Source of the DNA: Syntrophaceae bacterium
Lineage (GTDB): Bacteria; Desulfobacterota; Syntrophia; Syntrophales; Smithellaceae
DNA length: 64,000 nucleotides
Direction: 5' to 3'
Assembly (NCBI GenBank): GCA_003142535.1
Contig: PLMQ01000018.1
Coordinates: 25,573 to 89,572 of the forward strand
Shown here: positions 10,489 to 20,600 of the stretch, piece after piece
Position numbering within the stretch: position 1 is the stretch's first letter
How the letters are laid out: every line of letters starts with the position of its first letter
The notes under the pieces: model-generated
What the model saw: the letters and a program-made list of their open reading frames with translations, nothing else
Database searches by the model: none
Told to the model about the DNA's origin: nothing
Position numbers and translations under genes: made by a program

Positions 10489-10509
10489 TATAGAGAAAGA
10501 TTATTAATT

Positions 10510-11541
10510 ATGGAAATGGGTATATTGGGCCTTCCCCAAAGTGGGAAGAGCACATTGTTTGAAATCATGACCGGCGTGAAAAGCGGCCAGTTGCACAACG
10601 AAACGGTTGTGCGCGGACAGGCTTCCGTGCCGGATGAGCGTTTTGATAAGCTCGTCGAAATATATAAGCCGGTAAAAGTATCTCCGGCCAAAGTCCCTTT
10701 TGTGGATGTTCACGCCGTGGGCGAACATCCCTGGGAAGCTATCCGGCAAAACTTAAGCGGCACGGACGGGATTCTGCACGTTGTTGATGGCTTTTCTCTG
10801 CCTGATGTTCAATTGAGCATTGAAGCCTATCGCAAGCTGGAAGACGAGTTGATTCTTTCCGATTTATTAATCATTGAAAAAAAAATGGAGCGCCTGACCA
10901 AAACGTCCAAGAAAGCGCTCACGCCGCAGGATGTGGCGCAAAATGATCTTCTGCCCAAACTAAAAAAATGCCTCGAAGCGGGAAAACCATTACGCAAGGC
11001 AGGGCTCACCCCTGCGGAAGTTTTTACACTGCGGAGTTTTTCTTTCTGGAGCATTAAACCGGAACTGGTCGTGGTCAACGTGGCCGAAGATAATCTTTCC
11101 TTTGCCGATGCTTTTTCCAAGGAGGCAAAATTAGAAGAATCCGTCCTGGGGATTTGCTGCAAGATAGAGGCGGAGATGGCCGGACTCGCTGCGGCCGATC
11201 AAAAAGAATTTCTGGACTCGATGGGTATTGCCGAGCCGGCGTTTGGCCGGATTATCCGCGCGGCTATTTCTCTTCTGGGGCGCATGTCCTTTTTTACTGT
11301 CGGCGAGGATGAAGTCAAAGCCTGGGTTATTCCGCTGGAGACCAAAGCTCCCAAGGCGGCCGGAGCAATTCATAATGATTTTGAGCGGGGGTTCATTAAA
11401 GCCGAAGTCATGTCCTATGACGATTTTATCGCCTGTGGCAAATCGGTAGCGCAAGTCAAATCAGCCGGCCGCCTGCGCCTGGAAGGAAAAGAATATATTG
11501 TCAAAGATGGCGATATTATCACCTTCCGCTTCAATATTTAA
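10510..11541 (+). CDS. ychF: YchF-family ribosome-binding ATPase/GTPase
   Basis: G1 motif GLPQSGKSTLF and C-terminal TGS-like end (EGKEYIVKDGDIITFRFNI). The start is moved to the ATG at 10510 because the upstream extension is translation of a repeat. Confidence 0.85.
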   Translation: MEMGILGLPQSGKSTLFEIMTGVKSGQLHNETVVRGQASVPDERFDKLVEIYKPVKVSPAKVPFVDVHAVGEHPWEAIRQNLSGTDGILHVVDGFSLPDVQLSIEAYRKLEDELILSDLLIIEKKMERLTKTSKKALTPQDVAQNDLLPKLKKCLEAGKPLRKAGLTPAEVFTLRSFSFWSIKPELVVVNVAEDNLSFADAFSKEAKLEESVLGICCKIEAEMAGLAAADQKEFLDSMGIAEPAFGRIIRAAISLLGRMSFFTVGEDEVKAWVIPLETKAPKAAGAIHNDFERGFIKAEVMSYDDFIACGKSVAQVKSAGRLRLEGKEYIVKDGDIITFRFNI

Positions 11542-11551
11542 TATTATTTAT

Positions 11552-11953
11552 TTAAAGACTACTGAGCATTGCCATGATCTGCTTGCAAAAAGAATCAGGC
11601 TCTACCGTGTTCAGGGCAATAATCTCGCCGGGGCAAATGGAACTTTTGTCTTTCTTTAAAATATTGGCAACAATTTTTTTGGCGTAGAGCTTAATGCCGT
11701 ATTCTTCCAAAAACTTTTTTGCCGGCTTGGAGGCCAGCGGCGTATGAACGCAGGAAATAATTCCTGAATAAACGATCAGCTTGGCTGCAGCGAGCCCGAT
11801 AACTTTATCATGCAATGTCAGTTTTTCCTTTACCTGGCTGTAGTTCTCGAGGCAATCCATGAGTGGCTTCAGTCCGTGCCTGTCTGAGGAGAAAATAATT
11901 TTATCGTCCTGGATCAGCGCCAGCGAATATTTTTCAAAATCAGCCTTCAGCAT
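11552..11953 (-). CDS. DUF1893-like small protein
   Basis: 133 aa. Its start overlaps the end of the upstream membrane-protein gene by 7 nt. The family assignment is from memory of TM1506-like proteins and is tentative. Confidence 0.45.
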   Translation of the reverse strand: MLKADFEKYSLALIQDDKIIFSSDRHGLKPLMDCLENYSQVKEKLTLHDKVIGLAAAKLIVYSGIISCVHTPLASKPAKKFLEEYGIKLYAKKIVANILKKDKSSICPGEIIALNTVEPDSFCKQIMAMLSSL

Positions 11954-12453
11954 AAAATTTTCCGTAACGGTTTAATACCGGCATGGATTAAAGCCGCCCA
12001 GAGGATATTCGCTAAAAACAAAACAACAACAAGCCTTCCAATAAATGCCGCCGGTAGATGAATAAGATAATAATCGGATAATATCAGCCAGGGAAGTTCA
12101 CACAAAAAGGCGAGCAAAACGGAGATGATGATACTGCCCGTTTTTTTATAAAAAATACCGGTTAGTAAACCAAACAGCGCGTTGCCCACAAGGATGTAAG
12201 GGTTTCCCAGCAACAGCGCCGAGTATAGAGAGCCCGCAATACCGGCTACTATGCCGCCGCCCGCGCCGAATAATACTGCGGCTAAAATTATTGCCGCCGG
12301 GAAAAAATGAATTTTCCAGTCCTGCGCGAAGTTGATATTAATCAAGCTGGCCAGGCAGGGTAAAAATACTAAAATCGCAAAACCAGTCAATATTCGTTGT
12401 AACGATTTTATGCCTCCGGAATCATTAATAGAGGAATTGTCCATTTCTTTCAC
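11947..12453 (-). CDS. polytopic membrane protein (ECF S-component-like)
   Basis: 168 aa with about 5 hydrophobic helices and glycine-rich helix motifs. Confidence 0.45.
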   Translation of the reverse strand: MKEMDNSSINDSGGIKSLQRILTGFAILVFLPCLASLININFAQDWKIHFFPAAIILAAVLFGAGGGIVAGIAGSLYSALLLGNPYILVGNALFGLLTGIFYKKTGSIIISVLLAFLCELPWLILSDYYLIHLPAAFIGRLVVVLFLANILWAALIHAGIKPLRKILC

Positions 12454-12528
12454 CTCTTTTAAAAGTTTTTCAATTGTGTCAATTTTACACTATTGTTACC
12501 TTTTTGAATAGTTATTTTGCAAATTAAA

Positions 12529-13638
12529 TCAAGAAAATTTATCGATGAATTTCCGCATTATTTTACTGCCCATTGACTCTCGAGAGTGTAAAGCTGCGTA
12601 GGGACAAACTTCGATACAGCAATAGCAGCGAATGCATTTTGTATAGTTAAATTCGATATTATGCGCCAGCGGCCCTATGGCCTGTGCCGGGCAAATTGTC
12701 CAGCATTTGCCGCAAAGTTCACACAAGTTATCATCGCATACGGGTAAAGAAAGAGTGTGTTTGCGCAGAAAGTTGTGCAGAAAACGCGGTCCGAACACAA
12801 TTGCCTGCCTGCCCGGTAACTGAAAATTGTCGAAGATAGGCAGAACGCCATCGATTTCATAATCAGGGATTAAATTGTTTTCCGTAGCGGCTTTCAGGAT
12901 TGGTGCTTTATCAGGGTTTATGCCGAGCATTTTACAGACAGCCGTATCCAGAGCGAAAGAATCACAACTCCCCATAAGAACTCCGATTTTTCTGGGTTTT
13001 CCTCTTTTACCCGGCCCTTCGCCTTCCAAACCGAGAATGGCATCTAATATGGAGACTGTTGGTTTAACCGCCTGGTGGATGGCGATAAGCAGCCGGGCAA
13101 AACCAATTGTGTCCACTCCGGCGCGCATGTGCCAGTGCGATTTTTCAAAGCCGACAATGCAACCGAACATATTTTTTACGCTCAACGTCAACAGCATCTG
13201 GCTGTGGGTTTTCAGCTTCGGCAGGTTGATAATAACATCTGCTTCTACCGCATCTCGCGCAATATCAATGTTGCCATAAGGTTTGCCGATGCCCACTTTG
13301 ACTGTATTTTTAAAAGGCCGGCAGGCAACATCAAGGTCGGCCAGAGCTTCTTTGATGCCATTAACTTTCGCGATACGATCAAAAGAACCGATTGCTGGAG
13401 AATCAGATACCTGAGGCCTTGCTCCTTTGTGTAAAACATATTCCACCGCGGCTCGAATAACAAGCGGATGAGTAAGAACCGCATCTTCCGGTTTTGCCGC
13501 CGACAGCATATTGGGTTTAATAAGTACCTTGTCGCCGAACTTTATTTTATTGCTGGCTAAAGTTTCGATGATTTCAAAAAAAGCAGCTCTCAGCTCTTCA
13601 TAATTATAAGAAACATTGCGGATTATTACGCAGGCCAT
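12529..13638 (-). CDS. DUF362-family iron-sulfur protein with 2x[4Fe-4S] ferredoxin domain
   Basis: 369 aa with C-terminal CxxCxxCxxxCP motifs (CELCGKCWTICP and CIRCYCCIEVCP). Confidence 0.65.
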   Translation of the reverse strand: MACVIIRNVSYNYEELRAAFFEIIETLASNKIKFGDKVLIKPNMLSAAKPEDAVLTHPLVIRAAVEYVLHKGARPQVSDSPAIGSFDRIAKVNGIKEALADLDVACRPFKNTVKVGIGKPYGNIDIARDAVEADVIINLPKLKTHSQMLLTLSVKNMFGCIVGFEKSHWHMRAGVDTIGFARLLIAIHQAVKPTVSILDAILGLEGEGPGKRGKPRKIGVLMGSCDSFALDTAVCKMLGINPDKAPILKAATENNLIPDYEIDGVLPIFDNFQLPGRQAIVFGPRFLHNFLRKHTLSLPVCDDNLCELCGKCWTICPAQAIGPLAHNIEFNYTKCIRCYCCIEVCPYAALHSRESMGSKIMRKFIDKFS

Positions 13639-13891
13639 ATTGTGATAAACTTTCTTAAAGAAAAACAGTTAAATTAATCTTGCTGAAAAGTCACATACCA
13701 TAACCCATATTTACCTGACAAGAATTATCCAATTAATTACAGAGCTTCCTGCCTATGGCTTGGCAATGTTGCGATTATTTTTTGCTGCCAATTTTTCTTG
13801 ACACTCTATTGGACTTCTCTTATGCTTAACTTAAAGGAAGTTACAACCGATATAGAAAAACAATGGAAAGGATAAACGGCATAATTACTTA

Positions 13892-14145
13892 TTCGTGAAA
13901 CTCCAATTCCGAAAGCGAAGCTCGGCAGGGAACCCCGGCGCATGCCTGGGGATGCTGGTCGAAGCGTATCAGAATTGGGAAGTTGTAATGAGACCCAAAC
14001 TTCAGAAACAAAGTGCATAACCTAAAGGTCACAAGCTGAAGTTGGTTGGTCGAATTATCCCGCGAAGCGGAGAGTATAATCCCCCGCAGCGGGTTTAGGA
14101 ATCGGTTTCCAAAGCTTGCTTTGGGGATTATACCCGTGATTAAAG
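13892..14145 (+). repeat. family-1 hairpin-module array, locus A (3 modules, two with loop insertions)
   Basis: Starts TTCGTGAAACTCCAATT and ends CCCGTGATTAAAG. Module stems are CCAATTCCGA/…CAGAATTGG, AAACTTCAG/CTGAAGTT and TATAATCCCC/GGGGATTATA. The TAACCTAAAGGTCACA insert is at 14018-14033. Confidence 0.8.
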
Positions 14146-14206
14146 CGCTACAAATGTAATTATTCTGGTAAAATGTAAGTACATCTGTATTTCATATAGC
14201 AGGAAA

Positions 14207-16429
14207 ATGAGGGTGAATATGGATATAAAACAGAAAATTTTGGATACACTTCTCATTTTGAACACAGCCATCAAGAATGAGCGTCTTTATCCGCCTACCA
14301 GTTCGATCATTATCCACACAATAGAAAGACTTCATCAATCCTTGCTGGAAATTTTAACGCAGATAGATTCTTTAATTCTGGCCGAATCGGAAAAAAACAT
14401 CCTCATCTGCGGGGAGCCGCTAAATGCAAAAGAGCAGGAAAAACTACAGGTAACTGCATTTCTCAATATTCTTCTTAACTTTGGAATTAAAAGCATAACT
14501 TTTGAAAAAGGCCTGGAGAAAGAAGAGCTCCTTGCTTTCATTGATATTCTTTCTCGAAAACCGGCCGACCTGGCTGGTGAAAATGCTTTTGCGCAAATCA
14601 TGGCGGAAAAAAATGTAAAACATATTCTTTTGGATAAAAAAATTTATGTGGTTTTGAACAAAGATCAACAAATTATATCGGGGCTTGGTTTAAGTATTAC
14701 TGATGACCAGATTATGAAATTTGTTCAACATGTGCATCCTGATTTGGCTCCTGATCTTCAGAAGCTTCAGGAACTTGCCAAGGATCCGGAATGGCTGATG
14801 CTTACCTTTAAGGCCGGCTTATCTGAAGCCATGGCGCAAAAGGGGATTCTGACGAATGTTCAGCTTTCGCAAGGCCTGATAAATATGATGTCCCTCCTGG
14901 ATAAGGTGGCAGGCCCTCTGGAAAAAAATGATCAGGATAAGTTATCGCAGCGGATGGGCAAATCCATTGCTGATATAGACCCTGATGTGGCGGCTCAGGT
15001 GATGTCTCAAAATATCGAACATCTTTTCGGCGGCATGCTGATGCAGTATATTGCCAGTGAATTGGCCGGGCTGAAAGCCGTTGGTTTACGGACATCAGGA
15101 ACCGGCGGCCCAGGTGCAGGTGGTGGCGCAGGTAATGGTGCAGGCGGTGGTGGTGCGGGCTCAGTCTCAGGTGAAGGGGGGGTGCCGGGACAGTCCATTG
15201 ATGTTAAGGAAACCCTGAGTATGTTGCTGAAAGATGACAAAAAGGCATTGCTGGACGAATCTTTGCTGATGTCGCTGCCGAAAATTATTGAACAGCTCAT
15301 AGCTCAAAAGCAGCAGGAAACAATAGAAGCAGTTATTGACCGTTTGATGGACAATCTGGCTAGCGATAATATTGAAGTGCGCTCTCGGGCAGCGAAATCA
15401 CTGGTCGAGATTATAGAGCAAATTCCCGCCGAACAGAAAACCGAACTTATCGCGAATATAAATGACAAATTAATTGACTGGGTAAAATTGGAAACACTAG
15501 CCACTCCGGCCTATGAGAAAATATGCAGTATTCTGCAATCAGTTGCACAAGATGCAATTCGCCAGAGACAATTTGCGCGGGCAATACCAATCCTGAATGT
15601 TTTTAACGACATTCGCTCCGACGCTCTGGACAAAAATGACACAATTCATGAAATATCCAAAGATTTTATTCGCGTGCTGGCAACCGAAGAACAGCTTGCC
15701 TTTCTCTTCAGTGAATTTAACGTAAGTGAACACGAAAAGCAGTTGGAAGTGGGCGAGATATTAGTGAGGCTGGGCGATGTGGCCCTGAACCGTTTACTGG
15801 ATATACTTCGGGAAACCAAAGATAGTGATGAACGTGTCCGTATTATGCGCATGATTATCGGTATCGGGCCGATAACCATCCCCCTGATCAGGGAGCGGAT
15901 CAATAAAAGCGTGTCCTGGTTTTATTTGCGTAATCTGGCCTACATTTTGGGGCATATCGGCAATGAAGCCAGTGCAATTGCACTGAAACCGCTGCTGCTG
16001 CATGAAAACAGCAAGGTTCGGCAGGAGGCACTGAAAAGCATTTATCGGAAAGGGGGAGATCAGAGGAGCAAGGTGCTCTTGTCTGTTCTTCCGGACGCAG
16101 CTGATGAATTCAAAATTAATATTGTGGAGACGCTCGGTAATATGAAAAGTGCCGATGCGGTTGCCGATCTTCTGGATATGCTCAAGACCAAGCCGGTAAG
16201 ATCAAAATCGTTGCTATCCAGCCTGGAAGAAAAAATCTGTATTGCTCTGGGTTCCATCCGGTCTCCCGAGGCGATACCCGCCCTTACCGAAATTGCTGAG
16301 TCGAAATCATTTTTGCGCATCCGGTCTTATCCCGCCAATGTCCGCAATGCCGCCACAAATGCGGTAAACTCCATCAGGAAGAAACAGGCTGAGGCTAAAA
16401 AAGATAATGCCGGCACTTCCGCAAAGTAA
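14207..16429 (+). CDS. HEAT/armadillo-repeat protein with internal Gly-rich linker
   Basis: 740 aa. The C-terminal half has HEAT-like repeats (VRSRAAKSLVEI, VRQEALKSI, AIPALTEIA). The linker is GTGGPGAGGGAGNGAGGGGAG. The ATG at 14219, behind GAGG, is the more likely start. Confidence 0.65.
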   Translation: MRVNMDIKQKILDTLLILNTAIKNERLYPPTSSIIIHTIERLHQSLLEILTQIDSLILAESEKNILICGEPLNAKEQEKLQVTAFLNILLNFGIKSITFEKGLEKEELLAFIDILSRKPADLAGENAFAQIMAEKNVKHILLDKKIYVVLNKDQQIISGLGLSITDDQIMKFVQHVHPDLAPDLQKLQELAKDPEWLMLTFKAGLSEAMAQKGILTNVQLSQGLINMMSLLDKVAGPLEKNDQDKLSQRMGKSIADIDPDVAAQVMSQNIEHLFGGMLMQYIASELAGLKAVGLRTSGTGGPGAGGGAGNGAGGGGAGSVSGEGGVPGQSIDVKETLSMLLKDDKKALLDESLLMSLPKIIEQLIAQKQQETIEAVIDRLMDNLASDNIEVRSRAAKSLVEIIEQIPAEQKTELIANINDKLIDWVKLETLATPAYEKICSILQSVAQDAIRQRQFARAIPILNVFNDIRSDALDKNDTIHEISKDFIRVLATEEQLAFLFSEFNVSEHEKQLEVGEILVRLGDVALNRLLDILRETKDSDERVRIMRMIIGIGPITIPLIRERINKSVSWFYLRNLAYILGHIGNEASAIALKPLLLHENSKVRQEALKSIYRKGGDQRSKVLLSVLPDAADEFKINIVETLGNMKSADAVADLLDMLKTKPVRSKSLLSSLEEKICIALGSIRSPEAIPALTEIAESKSFLRIRSYPANVRNAATNAVNSIRKKQAEAKKDNAGTSAK

Positions 16430-16514
16430 AAAAGTTTAAGCTGCGCGAGGTTTCCTGAAATTACCGAAGCGAGAATGACGTAATCAACTTGCTGCAATCC
16501 TTCCTTGCCGGAGA

Positions 16515-16745
16515 AAATCACGGATACTATATCCCTGCTTATACGGGATAATTCGGCTAACAAACTTCAATTCGCTTCGCTTTTGAAGTTTGAGTCTCAT
16601 TATCCTCCGCTTCGCGGGATAGTTCAACTTATCAATTCCGACGCGCTTTGCTTTCGGAATTGGAGTTTCACGACCACCGCTTACGCGGGATTGTTCAACT
16701 TGCCAATTTCAATGCACTGCGTTATTGAAATTGGAGTTTCACGAA
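16515..16745 (-). repeat. family-1 hairpin-module array, locus B1 (3 tandem modules)
   Basis: Three units of about 72 nt. Each has a small CCGC-N3-GCGG hairpin, then GGATARTTCRAC, a long variable-stem hairpin, and AGTYTCAY. The array ends in GTTTCACGAA. The ORF 16505..16864 is a read-through artefact. Confidence 0.8.
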
Positions 16746-17010
16746 TAAAAAAATACAGCAAAGCAGGCTGCCGCTTCTTCTCTTCAGAAATTACATTTTT
16801 TGAAGTAACGATGCGGGATATATCGATTAAGTATGAGAGTAAAGATAAAAAATCCCGGCTGTAACTATTAAGGATTACAATCGGTCTGTTTCAGGAAGTG
16901 GAGGCGGCAAACCAATGATAGCAAGTAAGGCCGGGCCGCTAGTTATTTATAAAAAATGTCAGCATTTTCGTTTGCATAAACATTTGAACTGGAATAAATA
17001 GAAATAATAT

Positions 17011-17110
17011 TTAATCCCGCTGTACGGGGCTGTGCGGGATTGTTCAACTTGCCAATTTCAACTTGTGACCTTTAGGTTATGCACTGCGTTATTGAAATTG
17101 GAGTTTCACA
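17011..17110 (-). repeat. family-1 hairpin module, locus B2 (copy of the last B1 module plus an 18-nt loop insert)
   Basis: 17034-17061 and 17080-17109 are identical to 16685-16712 and 16713-16742. The extra CTTGTGACCTTTAGGTTA lies at 17062-17079. The module ends 35 nt upstream of mobB. Confidence 0.85.
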
Positions 17111-17141
17111 AATGAAATAATGGTAATAAGAGAATTAATAT

Positions 17142-17636
17142 ATGGCAATACCAATTATTTCCGTCGTAGGTAAATCCAATGCCGGCAAAACAACTCTGCT
17201 GGAAAAGTTGATTCCCGAACTGGTGAAGAGGGGATACCGCGTGGGAACTATTAAACATAATGTCCACGGATTCGAGATTGACCATGAAGGGAAGGACAGC
17301 TGGCGGCATAAAAAAGCAGGTACCCATTTGACTGTAATTTCATCTCCTGTTTGTTTAGCATTAATTGAAGATGTAGATAAAGATCACTCTTTGGAGGAAA
17401 TCAGAGAAAAATACATGAAAAATATCGATATAATCCTTTCCGAAGGATATAAGGGCAATCCTTTCCCCAAGATTGAAGTTTTTCGTTTGGAATTAAAACG
17501 AGAACTACTATGCCGCAAAGAAGACAATTTATTAGCTATTGCCTCTGATGTAAAAATAAACGCAGGTGTTCCCTGTTTGGATATAAATGATGCCGCAGGT
17601 ATTGTTGATTTAATCGAAAAAGAATTTCTTAAATGA
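17142..17636 (+). CDS. mobB: molybdopterin-guanine dinucleotide biosynthesis adapter MobB
   Basis: Contains IISVVGKSNAGKTTLLEKLI (P-loop) and GTIKHNVHGFEIDHEGKDSWRH. Confidence 0.85.
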   Translation: MAIPIISVVGKSNAGKTTLLEKLIPELVKRGYRVGTIKHNVHGFEIDHEGKDSWRHKKAGTHLTVISSPVCLALIEDVDKDHSLEEIREKYMKNIDIILSEGYKGNPFPKIEVFRLELKRELLCRKEDNLLAIASDVKINAGVPCLDINDAAGIVDLIEKEFLK

Positions 17637-17669
17637 TCATTTCCGTCGAAAAATTAAGCTCTTCGTCTT

Positions 17670-20600
17670 CTAAAACTGAATCCGCGAACTCAACAATCTT
17701 TTTCTCGGGAATTTGATATACGGCCTGATCTTTTGATTAATATTTTTACCCGTACCGTCATAATTAAGGGTAACGATCGGAATTCCGGTGTATTCTTCAA
17801 TCCGCGGCGCCATAGCTTCGGTTATCAGGCCGGCACAACAAAATGCCGGATTGGTCTGAACAAATAATGAGATGTCGGGATAATGTTTGGTCAGGGCGGC
17901 AATTTTGAGCAAATTGTCCATTGATTCACCGCACTGCTGAACTTTAACTTCAAAACTCTTATATATTCCCATATAATCAATATCAGCGTCCAGCGGCTGA
18001 TCGTTTACCAACTCGTTGAATAATTTATAATAGCTTTTTTCCAGTTGATTGACGAGGGTGATAACTGTTTTAGCCATCAAAACATCCATATATTCGCCTT
18101 CATAAAACCAACGCCGGATATAGGGGTCGGCGATCAATTTCGCAAATTCGTTGAAAGGCGTGGTTATGACTTCACCGCCGTATTCCTCAATGCAATGAAT
18201 GAGGTTTTGATTAAAGACATCGTTGTCGCGGGCATACATATCCCCGAAAATGGCTATTTTGGGTCGTCTTCCCGGGACTGTTTCAATTTTTTTGAAAAGA
18301 TTTATTACCTTGGCTACATCATCATCTTTGTTTCTACCGCCGAGCAATGTATTGTAAAAAATGTTCAGAGCCTGTGCGATGACTCTGTCCGTCATACCCT
18401 TTTCTTTTTCATAAGGCCTGATCTTGCAGCCGATTTTTCTGAGCATGCCACCGAATAAATGAGCAAAATAGGCCTCAATCGAAGCCTGTAAAGATATATC
18501 ATTCATGCTGATACTGCCCATATAAACATCAACTTTTTCCATACCATTGCCCACTACTTCCATCAATCCTTTGATCATTTGCGGATACATACGAATATTA
18601 CAGGCAACATGGCTTTCAAAACACCAGACGGCTGTCTGGGCGGGATCAAGATAATTATTTTCAATATAGTCAATATAGCTTTGAGCAATAAGATTGACCG
18701 GAATACACTGACCAGTGTTGGTCCGCAGACCGCGCTGAATAATCTTTTCTGTCAGCGGAACCATCCGGGCATCTATTCCTTCCTTAATATATACCGCTTC
18801 CAACAGCTTGGCGCTTAATGGATCAAAACCGGGAATGAGCAGAGTCTTATCTTTGATTTTGGTGGCACTTTCGGAGTTTAGCGGCAAGCTATGTTCCGGC
18901 ATGGTGCGCAATGACTTATTCTTATAATGATTACGGAACGAACGTACCGCCGCTTCAATCCGCGTTTCATAACCGACCTGGGAATCATGTTCGTCCAACT
19001 CGAGAATCAAATAGGGCTTCCCGTATTTATCCATGATCCGTTTGAAGTACTCGATTGTGAAAGAATCCGGGCTGCATTTGAATGACGTAACATAAACAGG
19101 ATATATCCCTTCGGTAAGTGCAGTAAAAAGTGCCGCTTTCAGAATTTTTGCGGCATAGTTCCAGTGCAGCCTTTTTAGCAGCGGATCGATCTCGGCAATA
19201 TCTTCTTTGTGATAGGGCAGCATGTCCTGATAGAAAGTTTTGATATTGAGATTGCTGAAGATGCCTGGTATCCCTTTGTTCATGGTATTTTGCAGGATGG
19301 AATAGGGTCTGCCGAGAAGAGCCACATGGATGTCCTTTTTGTCGAGCATTTCACGCTCGTAGATGTTGCGCAAATTGCCCCGCCTTTCCTTATAGTAGGA
19401 AAGCGCTGATTCATAGGCATTATAAATCTCCCAGTATCCGGAAGAAAGAATTGATTTCAGTAAAGTAAATAACTCTATTCTCGATTGAAACGAATTGTGA
19501 TCAATGACCGGCATAATTGCCTTGTTCTTCAGATGCAGGCTTTTGATTCCGGCGGCGAGTGTCGCGGCAAACTGAGTATAATAGCAGTAATATCTGTAGG
19601 CGTTCCGTTTTGGTTCTTTAGCTTCCAGATAGACAGGCAGAAAAATGTAATCGCATTTGTCGGCCAGATATTGGACATGGCCAAAGAAGGCATTCATCGG
19701 GGCACAGAATTCAGCCCCGGCAATTTTTTTGCCGTTTTTAATTGCATTTTTGAAATTATCACTTGTTATAGTTTCCACACCCAGAGTATTGAAGAAATGT
19801 TGCCATAACGGCATTTCCTCGGCCAGATATAATGCATGGGGAATTCCGATCTTAATTGGAATTTTGAATGACGAAGATTTCTTTGCTACCTGAAAAACTT
19901 TATTTCGTTCTTTGAGCAGATCATATTGTTTTTTTGTATTGCCGACATAATGCTTCGTATCATAATCACGACCGCAAAGGAATCCGAAGGCAACCGTTTC
20001 TCCCTGTACGGTAACTTTATTTATTTTGCAGCTATTATGGCAGAGTTCGCAAACTTCATTTTCTACCGGAATTGCTTCCTTATGCAGAGTGAGCCCGCGG
20101 AAAGAAGAATTTTTTACTCTATTTTCCGCCAGGATCAACGCGCTGCCTAATGCACCCGTTAAATGACAGAACTGAGAAACAAAGATAGGTTTTTTTAACC
20201 TATGCTCGAAAGCGGCAATCAATGCTTTATTACGCGCCGTTGCCCCCTGAAAGCAGATCCGGGCACCAATATTGGCCTCCATTGCCACCTTAGCCAGATA
20301 ATTTTCACAAACCGAATGTAGGACACTGGCCAGCACTTCATCAACCGTATATCCCTCAGTTAGGTAGTTGTTGATATCCCGTTCCATAAAAACAGTACAG
20401 CGGTCGGAAGAAATAGGGGACGGGGTATTAATGGCGCGATCGGCATAATCAGTAAGGGATACGCCAAGTTTCATTGCCTGCTCTTCGATAAAGCTCCCCG
20501 TTCCGGCGGCACAAACATTATTCATTACCGAGGAAGTGACCATGCCGTTTTTCATGTTGGTAAATTTGGCATCCTGCCCGCCGATTTCAATAATAGTGTC

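Noticed and set aside
10393-10509. N-terminal 39-aa extension of ychF in the ORF track (LAAAQSSSTYYNIRLRSLLAAAAFYFGYKSYY...)
   Set aside because: It is translation through hairpin element G from a TTG codon. YchF homologues start right at the G1 motif, which follows the ATG at 10510.
16515-16745. The tandem ~72-nt units (also at 35641-35850) considered as a CRISPR array or as a type III toxin-antitoxin RNA repeat
   Set aside because: The units abut each other without unique spacers and are only about 60-80 percent identical. No cas gene or ToxN/AbiE-like toxin follows. The conserved feature is a hairpin, not a direct repeat.
16505-16864. 119-aa plus-strand ORF between the HEAT gene and mobB
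   Set aside because: It lies entirely over hairpin-module array B1, has no RBS, and its sequence is repeat-derived. The 70-aa ORF 13806..14018 over locus A is rejected for the same reason.
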